Source: Macrostomum lignano (Eukaryota). Taken from it: a stretch of DNA of 64,000 nucleotides. The stretch lies in the NCBI GenBank assembly GCA_002269645.1, contig NIVC01002762.1, positions 50,877 through 114,876 on the forward strand. Direction: 5' to 3'. The position numbers were made by a program, and so were the translations under genes. Shown here piece after piece: positions 14,119 through 31,067 of the stretch. The notes under the pieces were generated by a model, which was given only the letters and a program-made list of their open reading frames with translations, was not told the origin of the DNA and made no database searches. The first letter of the stretch is position 1; the number at the start of each line of letters is the position of its first letter.

Positions 14119-14764
14119 TAGAGTCTACGTAAAGTTACAGTCAACTATTCGTCTGACACACATTACTGACATACAGAAAGGTGTTCAACAAAATTAGTAA
14201 TGAATAATTAATGAGTTTTCCGACAGAGCTGAGAATCTTAATTAACGACTGAGTCAAGAGACCCCAGCTGCTAGAAAGCCCTACTTAAGCTTATATGAAT
14301 ACTAGTAAAAAACTGATCGATGCAGCTTGGGTCTGTTTGCAAGAAGGCAAGAATTTGAGTGCACACAGCAAAGCGTATTGCAGTCCTCTTGGCCTCAGGT
14401 GTGCTCAGGCTTACTGTAATAGAAACTGCTGTTTGCAGTCCACTGAGGCTGGTGCGCCATTGACTGTTAGACACGTGATAAGGACATGGGTTTCGTTTTA
14501 CATTACACCAGTACACATACACAGTAATGCACACTCGTAGCTCCAAACTGCCTAAGGGTGTCGATTGCCTACACACACACCTGGACTTCCGGACCAAACA
14601 GGCGATTTGTACTTTTACTGGCTTGGTAGTTTCGCATGTTTGACAGAGCAAACAATTGTTATAGAACTGCAGATAATGGAAAGTTGGAAAATTTCCGGAC
14701 AAATTTCTGCTTTCATCTATTTATTCTATCCTCTAGTTACATGAATTCGTTTGTATCTATTCCT

Positions 14765-15110
14765 TCTATTTGTCTATCCATTATATCCATCCATTCTATC
14801 CATCCATTTTATCCATCCATTCTATCCATCCATTCTATCCATCCATTCTGTCCATCCATTCTATCCATCCATTCTATCCATCCATTCTATCCATCCATTC
14901 TGTCCATCCATTCTATCCATCCATTCTATCCATCCATTCTATCTATCCATTCTATCCATCCATTCTGTCCATCCATTCTATCCATCCATTCTATCTATCC
15001 ATTCTATCCATCCATTCTGTCCATCCATTCTATCCATCCATTCTATCCATCCATTCTATCCATCCATTCTATCCATCCATTCTATCCATCCATTCTATCT
15101 ATCCATTCCA
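14765..15110. repeat. (CATCCATTCTATC)-type 13/17-bp array
   Basis: Direct reading. Confidence 0.95.
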
Positions 15111-15323
15111 TGTACTATATCAATTCATTATTTTTTTTTCAGTTTTCTTCTAGTCATTTGTTACAATCGATTGATTGGTTTAATCAAATTAAATTTTCCG
15201 TTAATTATTTCTACTAGTGAATTAAATATATTGTTATAATATATTTCATCTCTTGTGCAATACCTATCTTTCACCAGCTCAAAGCAAATCATTTTTATAT
15301 TCCCTCTAGAAGCGCGTTTAGTT

Positions 15324-15555
15324 CTACCAGACAGCTACCAGACAGCTACCAGACAGCTACCAGACAGCTACCAGACAGCTACCAGACAGCTACCAGACAG
15401 CTACCAGACAGCTACCAGACAGCTACCAGACAGCTACCAGACAGCTACCAGACAGCTACCAGACAGCTACCAGACAGCTACCAGACAGCTACCAGACAGC
15501 TACCAGACAGCTACCAGACAGCTACCAGACAGCTACCAGACAGCTACCAGACAGC
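15324..15555. repeat. Perfect 11-bp array (CTACCAGACAG)n
   Basis: Direct reading. Confidence 0.98.
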
Positions 15556-16127
15556 TTCAGTAGTATAGCAGATTCAAAATCTCAGCCCGCTGTATGGGTA
15601 ATTAACAACCAAAGCAAAATAATGATTGAGAAACTTTTTCTATTTATGAAATAGTAAATATATTAATTCTTGTGTTTTTAATGATGATGCAGCCAATTTG
15701 TGGACACAGAAAACCTCCCATCCCCGTCAAACCTTCCGTCAGCTAATTTTACAGTCAGTCACAGAGGGAATAAAAAATTAAGTCAGCCCACAGCCTTAGG
15801 TAATCCGAGGTACAGTCACCACCCTAACTCAACTCGGGTGAACTTCCGGTTCAGAGGCACAGGACACGCAGTCTGCCTGTGTCTGTCTAATTCTCAACTA
15901 ACAATACAGAAAAGGCCCGAGACTCACACACACATCGTACAGTTGAATGACAGGGCCACTCTGAATGTATTGTGCCACTCCTCTGTCCTTGATAGGGGGA
16001 TTATTGGGCCGGTGTAAGAGCCATACTGTGTGCCGATGTTCATTGTGACTCTTTGGGGGCTTAGACTTAATCTTTTTGGGACTTTGTATCTTCGGGCGAA
16101 TACCACTCTGATACGCTTGCATATCGT

Positions 16128-16505
16128 GAGTAATTCCCCTAGAGAACGATAGTAATTCCCTTTAAGAATGAGGATAATTCCCATAGAGACTGAGAGTAGC
16201 CCAGAGAATGAGATTAATCCCCTTAGAGAATGAGAGTAATTATCCTAGAGAATGAGACTAATTCCCCTTAGAGAATGTGACTAATTCCCCTTAGTTAATG
16301 AGAGTAATTCCATTAGAGAATAAGAGGCCTGAAGAAAGTGACTAATTCCCATAGAGTGAGAGTAATTCCCATTAGAGAACGAAAGTAATTCCCCTGGAGA
16401 ATGAAGAGTAATTCCCCTTAGACAATGAGAGTAATTTCCTTAGTGAATGAGAGTAATTTCCTTAGTGAATGAGAGTAATTCCCTTAGAGAATGAGAGTAA
16501 TTCTC
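16128..16505. repeat. 23-bp array (GAGAATGAGAGTAATTCCCCTTA)n
   Basis: Diverged head-to-tail units. Confidence 0.9.
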
Positions 16506-16704
16506 TCAAACAATGAGAAAAATTCCCAAAGAGAACGCGAGAATTTTTCTGGAAGTGTTAGGCTGACACAATGCCCTCGAAAATTCTCTTTGCTGTAAAT
16601 AGCGAAGTAACCGCACAGACTGCAGTCTTTTTGACAGCAATTTACTGAGACATTTCACTAAAAGTTTATCAGCCAACTGTCCTGTAAACTGCTTTATCAA
16701 TGTG

Positions 16705-16705
16705 A

Positions 16706-16756
<51 letters not shown>

Positions 16757-17137
16757 CGATTGATTGATTGGTTGGTTGATTGATTGATTGATTGACAGTG
16801 TCAGAGATTGGTCAGGACTGTACAGTGTCAGAGATTGGTCAGGACTGTGTACAGTGTCAGAGATTGGTCAGGACTGTGTACAGTGTCAGAGATTGGTCAG
16901 GACTGTGTACAGTGTCAGAGATTGGTCAGGACTGTGTACAGTGTCAGAGATTGGTCAGGACTGTGTACAGTGTCAGAGATTGGTCAGGACTGTGTACAGT
17001 GTCAGAGATTGGTCAGGACTGTGTACAGTGTCAGAGATTGGTCAGGACTGTGTACAGTGTCAGAGATTGGTCAGGACTGTGTACAGTGTCAGAGATTGGT
17101 CAGGACTGTGTACAGTGTCAGAGATTGGTCAAGACTG
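16705..17137. repeat. (GATT)n followed directly by a perfect 29-bp array (ACAGTGTCAGAGATTGGTCAGGACTGTGT)n
   Basis: Direct reading; the 29-mer contains GATTGGT like the end of the GATT run. Confidence 0.97.
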
Positions 17138-17162
17138 TCCCACCCGCTGACCGATCCCGCAG

Positions 17163-18160
17163 CTGCTGGTACATGAACGGCAACCCCAGGCCTGACATGC
17201 TGACAGTATTCGTAGCCATAGACGCGTCAGTGAAGGAGAACGGGTGTCTCCGGGTCATCCCCATCTCGCACCTGAGCGGCCGCATCAATCACGAGAGTGT
17301 GGGAGATCAGCAGAGGGCAAATCAAGAGCGGATCGCCTGGGCGACTATCCAGTCGAGCAGCAGCCTGGCGACGCGCTGTTCTTCCACAGCAACCTGCTGC
17401 ACACGAGCGCACCGAACTGCAGCGACCTGCGTCGCTGGTTCCTGACCATCGCCTACAACCGCGCCGACAATGACCCGGTGTACCGACACCACCACCCGAA
17501 GTACACTCCGCTGCACAAGGTGCTTCTTCTTTGAGCAATATTTTCAAAGTTTTGAATAGATACGTTCTGTAGATAAGTTGTAGAGAAAAGTCTTTTCTTG
17601 CCAGCGATTTTCTCATAGACGATTTTCTCATTAGATGATTTTCTCATAGACAATTTCTTATAGACAATTTTCTCATAGACAATTTTCTCATAGACAATTT
17701 CTCATAGACAATTTCTCATAGAAAATTTCTTATAGACAATTTTCTCATTAGATGATCTTCGCATACCGGTAGGCGATTTTCTCATTAGATGATTTTAGAC
17801 GATATTCTCATAGATACTTTCTCATTATATTATTTTCTCATAGACAATTTCTTATAAACGATTTCTCATAGACAATTTCTCATAGACAATTTCTCATAGA
17901 CAATTTCTCATAGACAATTTCTCATAGACAATTTCTCATAGACAATTTCTCATAGACAATTTCTCATAGACGATTTTCCCATGGGCGATTTTCTCTCAAG
18001 CAATTTTCACAGGAAAGTGTCAAATGAAAGCTTCTAACAACGCTTTCAATTTTGCATTTTTCAGGTTGAGAACTCAGCCCTGCTCAACTGTCAATCGCCC
18101 ACAAAACTGTATAGCAAAGATTTCCTAACACCGAGCCAGGAGATTTATCCCAATAAGTAA
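17163..18160 (+). pseudogene. PhyH-family Fe(II)/2-oxoglutarate dioxygenase (ectoine/proline-hydroxylase-like), 3' half only. Exons 17163-17519 and 18065-18160; frameshift near 17334-17342
   Basis: CWYMNG..PDMLTVFVAIDASVKENGCLRVIPISH, then after the frameshift PGDALFFHSNLLHTSAPN..RRWFLTIAYNRADNDPV..HHHPKYTPLHK|VENSALL...PNK*. Acceptors cccgcag and tttcag, donor AAG|gtgc. Could be an intact gene with an assembly error. Confidence 0.75.
17600..17990. repeat. 14-bp array (TTTCTCATAGACAA)n
   Basis: Inside the last intron of the PhyH-like gene. Confidence 0.93.
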
Positions 18161-18619
18161 TTAATTAATGGAAGCCGAACTTTTCTGGTGTGGGCTATAA
18201 CAGTATAACAACTATAACTGAGAATTAAAGTACAAATATACACTAATTGGTTCTATGCCGCTGTTGTTAGGGAAACAATTATTCCCATATTATTTGAGAG
18301 TGAAGGTGTGAAAATCAAGAGTCATTTATTTTTTCGTTCTTTTGAGATTCTAAGATGCAAGTTGCCAAGTCTGAGAAGAAATTATTAAAGCAGAAAAGTC
18401 GATGCAGACATTGTTCTGCGTGGGTAGTTCCTTGGTTGCATCCAGAATTTCAGATGAAACCCCAAATCTTTGAGAAGGCCTTTGAGTTGCACTTTTATTT
18501 TAATGACCTTTAACAGCTATAGCCATGGTTCGCTTACAATCCACCTTTCGAATAACAGTCAATTCTGTAATAGTGACAATCCACCAATAAAATTAACAAC
18601 CTACCCATAGCCAAGCCAA

Positions 18620-19130
18620 CCTTAGAATGACAATCCACTTTTAGATTGACAATCCACTTTTAGATTGACAATCCACCCTTAGAATGACAACCCACTCCTA
18701 GAATGACAACCTACCCATATTATGAAAGCCCACCCCTAGAATGACAACCCACTCCTAGAATGACAAGCTACCCATATTATGAAAGCACACCCCTAGAATG
18801 ACAACCCACTCCTAGAATGACAAGCTACCCCTATTATGAATGCCCACCCCTAGAATGACAAGCTACCCCTATTATGAATGCCCACCCCTAGAATGACAAC
18901 CCACTCCTATAAAGACAACCCTCTGCTAAATTGACAACTCACCGACAATCTACCCTTCAAATATCAACAATCCCACCTTTGAATGACAACCCACTCCTAG
19001 TATGATAAACCACTCCTAGAATGACAACCCAAACTTAGAAATGACAACTCAGCTTTGAAATTTTACAGTATAACCTTAGAATAATAACGCAATCTTAAAA
19101 GAACAACTCACTGTTTAGACTGACAACCCA
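18620..19130. repeat. About 19-bp degenerate array (TAGAATGACAACCCACTCC)n
   Basis: Direct reading. Confidence 0.85.
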
Positions 19131-20577
19131 TCCTTCAGAACGAAAACCCTAGGTTAAAATTGACAATCCAAGCCTAAACAAAAAGTCAGATACAAAATAT
19201 GCTCTATCAGACATGCAAGTTGAAGTGCAAATCAAAGTAACTCACTCGGAAGCATCTGAATCCGACATGGTGCTTGAAGACAGAAATTTTATATGATTAC
19301 TAATGTTGCTGCTTTTACTACTTGGGCTTCTGTGTCGTTCTCGGATGTTAATACCAGAAGCTTTATAACTATTTATTGATTGCTACAGTGGGGGGTTGCC
19401 TGAATTTTAAATCAATATTGCAGGCAAATAAAAAGCGGGGAAAATAAAAAAAAAGCCTCCATATTCCCGCCTTGGTGAATTAGTGAAAAAAAGATTGCTA
19501 GATAAAACTGTATGCTAGACAGAACACTGCCAGTTGAACAATCAAGAGAACAACCCCAGCCACGAAGAGGGAGGGAGAAATGGCGCTATGGCGACAGAAA
19601 CTCTCTTCTATTATAGGGAGCAGCGTCTAAAAACCCAGCCGCAGCGACCAATTGAATTTTTGCTGGGGTTACGAGTGGGCGAGTGCGGAGCCAAGGACTT
19701 CTATGGGCTGGTAGGTATCTGGATTGGACACGCCCGAAATTTTGATTCAAGGTACTATTTACTATTTAATGAGCCAATACTACCCATACCGCAGGCTCCA
19801 TATCAGGGGTCGTGGGACGAGTCAGATGCGCTTACTGTCTAGGAGCTTTTGTCTATGGTAAAACCCTATTTGATGCAATGTATTTTAAAAGTATCCCACT
19901 GTTTTACTTAATAATTAATGAGTTTCCAATCCGATTTTCTAGCTCTAATTATTAGCAGTCTTTGGTGGAAACTAACCAAAGTACTTTACGCGTGTGTAGT
20001 AGTGTATTTATTAAAACTACTTACTTAAATTGATGAAGAAAGCTTTAGTTTGGCAACAGCCCGAGCTTCTAACACTGACAGTGTAGTTACCTGGGCAAAC
20101 TGCCGTTCAATAGAGTAGAACGAGTATAAAAGAAAAATAGACTCGCTCAATGCGCCTGCCTACTTTAGCTAACTGTGTCAAAATTGAGAGAATTGAAGAG
20201 AGACAGTCTCGCGCAACTGTGCACTGTGAGCTGGATGCTGGCACAGTTTGCATAGGACTTGAGTCCTTCAAAACATTTCTAGACGAATCGCCCACTTACT
20301 TATTAGGGTCTATTCAGAAACAAGCTTTCTGCGAGAAACTGTCAGGAGCACTCAAGCTATAAAGAAAAAATTGCTTCTGGAAGCTTGTATCGCGCTTTCC
20401 AAAAATTTCTGCTTTTTTAGTTTCTAGAATTTTACAGCAAGCTAATTATTGGTGAAATTTGTTGTCTCTTTACTTACGGTGTTGGCTTGTTGAATTTGCT
20501 GTCGAGATGCTGGTATAGCGACTTTTTCTGCAATTTTTTATATGATACCTCAGTAAAGTCACTTTAATATCAATATA

Positions 20578-22030
20578 ATGGATTGCTAATCTATAGCCAT
20601 ATCTGCTGGGTGAAGGAACAGAATGGATTGCTAATCTGTAGCCATATCTGCTGGATGAAGGAGCAGAATGGATTGCTTATCTATAGCCATATCTGCTGGG
20701 TGAAGGAGCAGAATGGATTGCTTATCTATAGCCATATCTGCTGGGTGAAGGAACAGAATGGATTGCTAATCTGTAGCCATATCTGCTGGATGAAGGAGCA
20801 GAATGGATTGCTTATCTATAGCCATATCTGCTGGGTGAAGGAGCAGAATGGATTGCTTATCTATAGCCATATCTGCTGGGTGAAGGAACAGAATGGATTG
20901 CTAATCTGTAGCCATATCTGCTGGATGAAGGAGCAGAATGGATTGCTAATCTATAGCCATATCTGCTGGGTGAAGGAGCAGAATGGATTGCTAATCTATA
21001 GCCATATCTGCTGGATGAAGGAACAGAATGGATTGCTAATCTGTAGCCATATCTGCTGGGTGAAGGAACAGAATGGATTGCTAATCTATAGCCATATCTG
21101 CTGGGTGAAGGAACAGAATGGATTGCTAATCTGTAGCCATATCTGCTGGATGAAGGAACAGAATGGATTGCTAATCTATAGCCATATCTGCTGAATGAAG
21201 GAACAGAATGGATTGCTAATCTGTAGCCATATCTGCTGGGTGAAGGAGCAGAATGGATTGCTAATCTGTAGCCATATCTGCTGGATGAAGGAACAGAATG
21301 GATTGCTAATCTATAGCCATATCTGCTGAATGAAGGAACAGAATGGATTGCTAATCTGTAGCCATATCTGCTGGGTGAAGGAACAGAATGGATTGCTAAT
21401 CTATAGCCATATCTGCTGGGTGAAGGAACAGAATGGATTGCTAATCTGTAGCCATATCTGCTGGATGAAGGAACAGAATGGATTGCTAATCTATAGCCAT
21501 ATCTGCTGAATGAAGGAACAGAATGGATTGCTAATCTATAGCCATATCTGCTGGGTGAAGGAGCAGAATGGATTGCTAATCTATAGCTATATCTGCTGGA
21601 TGAAGGAACAGAATGGATTGCTAATCTGTAGCCATATCTGCTGGATGAAGGAGCAGAATGGATTGCTAATCTATAGCCATATCTGCTGGGTGAAGGAACA
21701 GAATGGATTGCTAATCTATAGCCATATCTGCTGGGTGAAGGAACAGAATGGATTGCTAATCTATAGCCATATCTGCTGGGTGAAGGAGCAGAATGGATTG
21801 CTAATCTATAGCCATATCTGCTGAATGAAGGAACAGAATGGATTGCTAATCTGTAGCCATATCTGCTGGATGAAGGAACAGAATGGATTGCTAATCTGTA
21901 GCCATATCTACTGGATGAAGGAACAGAATGGATTGCTAATCTATAGCCATATCTGCTGGATGAAGGAGCAGAATGGATTGCTAATCTATAGATATATTTG
22001 CTGGATTATGAAATAAAATGGATTGCTAAT
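20578..22030. repeat. 45-bp satellite, about 32 copies
   Basis: 15-residue periodic ORFs (KEQNGLLIYSHICWV); units differ mainly at three or four positions. Confidence 0.98.
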
Positions 22031-22534
22031 CTTTTTACGTAATATAATAAGTGTCGATCTAAACCTCCATTTCTTCGTATATTTTAGAGCAGTCCCAAAC
22101 GCCTCTACTCAAATAAGTAGTGCAGCATGAAATCTACTAAAAGCTGTCACTCACAATAAGTCTGCCGCCACCTGACTGGTCAGCGCCTGGCACATTCTTC
22201 TTCAAGCCACTGGCCACCTCTGACCAGATGTTCAGCTGCCGTTTCTCCTGCTCATCCCGGGTGTCAGACATCACTCGGTCTACAGCGCCTCGAAGTTTGG
22301 CCAACGACGAGCTGCTTGCTTCTGCGGCCACCGTTTAGTGATCGAAATTTGAAATTCTATTTAGTATAGCTAGTGGCAAACTTTAAAAAGCAGGACGAAA
22401 ACTATAACGTCCTTGTTGAATCAAATTAGACTGAAATACTTGTATTATGGATGCTAATATTTTTAGTAGCGTAAACGAATGCAATATTTTCGAAGTGAAC
22501 TAACTATTCGAGACTGACCTAAAATGTAAGCGAC

Positions 22535-23030
22535 TAGAGTGTGACCAACAAGAAGTAATATGCTATAGAGTGTGACTGGCAGTGAGTGACCTTCTAGAGT
22601 GTGACTGGCATTCAGGGAGTGACCTGCCGGAGTGTGACTGGCAGTGAGTGACCTGCATCAGTGTGACTGGCAGAGAGTGACCTGCATCAGTTTGACTGTC
22701 AGTGAGTGGCAATGAGTGACCTGCTAGAGTGTAACTAGCAGTGAGTGACCTGCTAGAGTGTGACTGACAGTGAGTGGCAATGAGTGACCTGCTAGAGTGT
22801 GACTAGCATTGAGTGGCAATGAGTGACCTGCTAGAGTGTGACTAGCAGAGAGTGACCTGCTAGAGTGTGACTAGCAGAGAGTGACCTGTAGAGTGTGACT
22901 GGCAGAGAGTGACCTGCTGGAGTGTGACTGGCAGAGAGTGACCTGCTAGAGTGTGACTGGCAGAGAGTGACCTGCTAGAGTAGTGACTGGCAGAGATTGA
23001 CCTGCTGGAGTGTGACTGGCAGTCTGACTG
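22535..23030. repeat. About 26-bp array (GAGTGACCTGCTAGAGTGTGACTRGCA)n
   Basis: Direct reading. Confidence 0.9.
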
Positions 23031-24032
23031 GAGAAGATAAAATGCCAAGTAAATACTGTTTTGCTATCCCAGAAGTATGTGTACTGTTCAGCCTTCGAGA
23101 GAAGTCTCAAAGTGACCTAAGGGGATCAAAGTGATCAAATCACTAGAGGGCTACAAGCATGCAAAGCTTCATATTCAGCCGCTTACCCATTTTTTTCTAC
23201 AGTGCCCTTCAAAGCGGTTGTCAATGCAGAGATCAAAGTCTGTCTGACGCGCTAGCCTGTGCGAGAACTGACTGAGTACACACACTGTCTTTCTGAACTC
23301 TCTCTTAGCTACCTGAGCAGCTAATATAACAATTATACAAGTTAATAGAAACTAATATTGAGTAGACTCCCCCCTAGGGCCATTGGTCTGGCGCTGTTTA
23401 ATACGGACCGAAGCGGAGGCTCAGTATTCTGCAGCTGCAATTGTGAATGCAGACTTGTTTTCCACAGAACCCCGTCTGGAGAATTAAAAAAAAGCTTAAT
23501 TTTAGCACTTCTGTTCTACTCAAAACTTCGACTCAAAGCGCGAGAGCCCCCAGCACCCCTCATCTCTTCCACATCTCATCCAGTCCAGCAACCCCCGCAG
23601 TTTTATTACCTCCAACAGCAGTTGCCCAGAGTAAACAGATGTCTTATCTTTTAGTACGTACTCTCAAACTGAAAAATTTCTCAAAAAATAGAATTTACAT
23701 ATCTCAGGCGGGACGAAGTATTTTATAATTAATTCTGGACCGCTTCATTATTCAAACATATAAGTACGTTATTTCAAGAGAAATTATTCCGGAAATTTAT
23801 TGTAGAAATTAATTTATTCAACAGAATGCCGCGTGCAGCTCCCTTTGTTTTTGTCACGCGTTTAATCAATCAGAAATTTTTTTGGCTTGCAAATACCTTT
23901 GTTAGAACTATGATTTTTTCAGGTGCTCTTTTTACAACAGTTGAAAGACAGACAGTCTCCGCTTCATCTACTGCTAGTCTGGTGATCAAGTTGAAAGTAC
24001 ATGCAAATTTGACGAAACTTCCTGACCAACTC

Positions 24033-30091
<6,059 letters not shown>

Positions 30092-31067
30092 TGTCCAAGC
30101 CGAGTCTGAAAGGCAGTGTGCATGGCTCATATTTTAGGTTTTTTAACTACGTGTAACTCGTCCTCAACCTCAACAGCATTGAATCCTAAACAGCGCAGAA
30201 CACATTTCTAACCAACAATTATCGCATGATTCTCATTTCAAAAAGGAACGAACCGAGCAGTACAATGCTTGAAACTATCTGAGAAAGGTGCCTCATTAGG
30301 CATTTCCGTAATCTACAGCTATAGTGCAAAGAGCGTGACGGGGGTGCAACCGGAGTGACGTCCCTAAATCCTTCATCTTTTCTGCTTTTTTTTCAAAGGA
30401 GATTAGCTTAGCTAGTCGAAAATGTCTCTTGCCTGGGCAGTCAGGCCTTGCATAAATGATGAGCAGTTGCTCAAACTGCATCGTATATCACTTTTAAAGC
30501 TTCTAGCTCTCTACTGCTACTGAATCACTCGCCGAATATCTTGCTTTTTCAGCTGGTGTTTTAAATGACAATGTCAGGCAGAAAAAGGATCTTACCTGAT
30601 CTTACCTCAGGTAGCTGATTATTCGCAAATATCAGCGAAGACAGAGACAGGAAAAGGCAGAATTTATCGAGCACAGGTTTTGCCAGTCAGTTTTGCTATT
30701 GGCAGATGCTGGCCATGCAGAACCTGAGATCTACCGACCAATTGGAGAAGAGAATAACAAAAATGATTGAGTTTGAGGCAATGCTAGCTGATTTTGCTGT
30801 TGAAGAACATTTCTAAAGAATCATTTTTTTATAATTCAATAAAATTATTAATCCCGAATTCAGATCCTTGGATTCAGTAGCCATCACAATCCAGTTTAAA
30901 ATATAGGCAGAATTTTATGATAAAACGAAAGAAAGAATTTACATTGAATCAGTATAAAAACTTAATCTAAACTAAAGCACAGAGAGCAGTCATCCACTGT
31001 AGTAAAAAAGTCTTTAAAGTGAAAAAGAAATCGGAAAAATTTGAAAAGATTTCAAGCAAAACTGGTG

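Noticed and set aside
14417-14637. Candidate first exons of the WD40 gene (MAHQPQW..., MRNYQ...)
   Set aside because: Their donor phases (1 and 0) do not fit the phase-2 acceptor at 13300, so neither can be supported.
16794-17137. CRISPR-like 29-bp direct repeats (also the 23-, 30- and 45-bp arrays)
   Set aside because: Head-to-tail units without unique spacers, no cas genes, and a eukaryotic intron context.
22137-22354. Alternative last exon for the calmodulin-like gene (EFQISITKR...)
   Set aside because: The nearer exon 24073-24033 (EFSQMV) has a better acceptor, a typical short intron and completes EF-hand 4.
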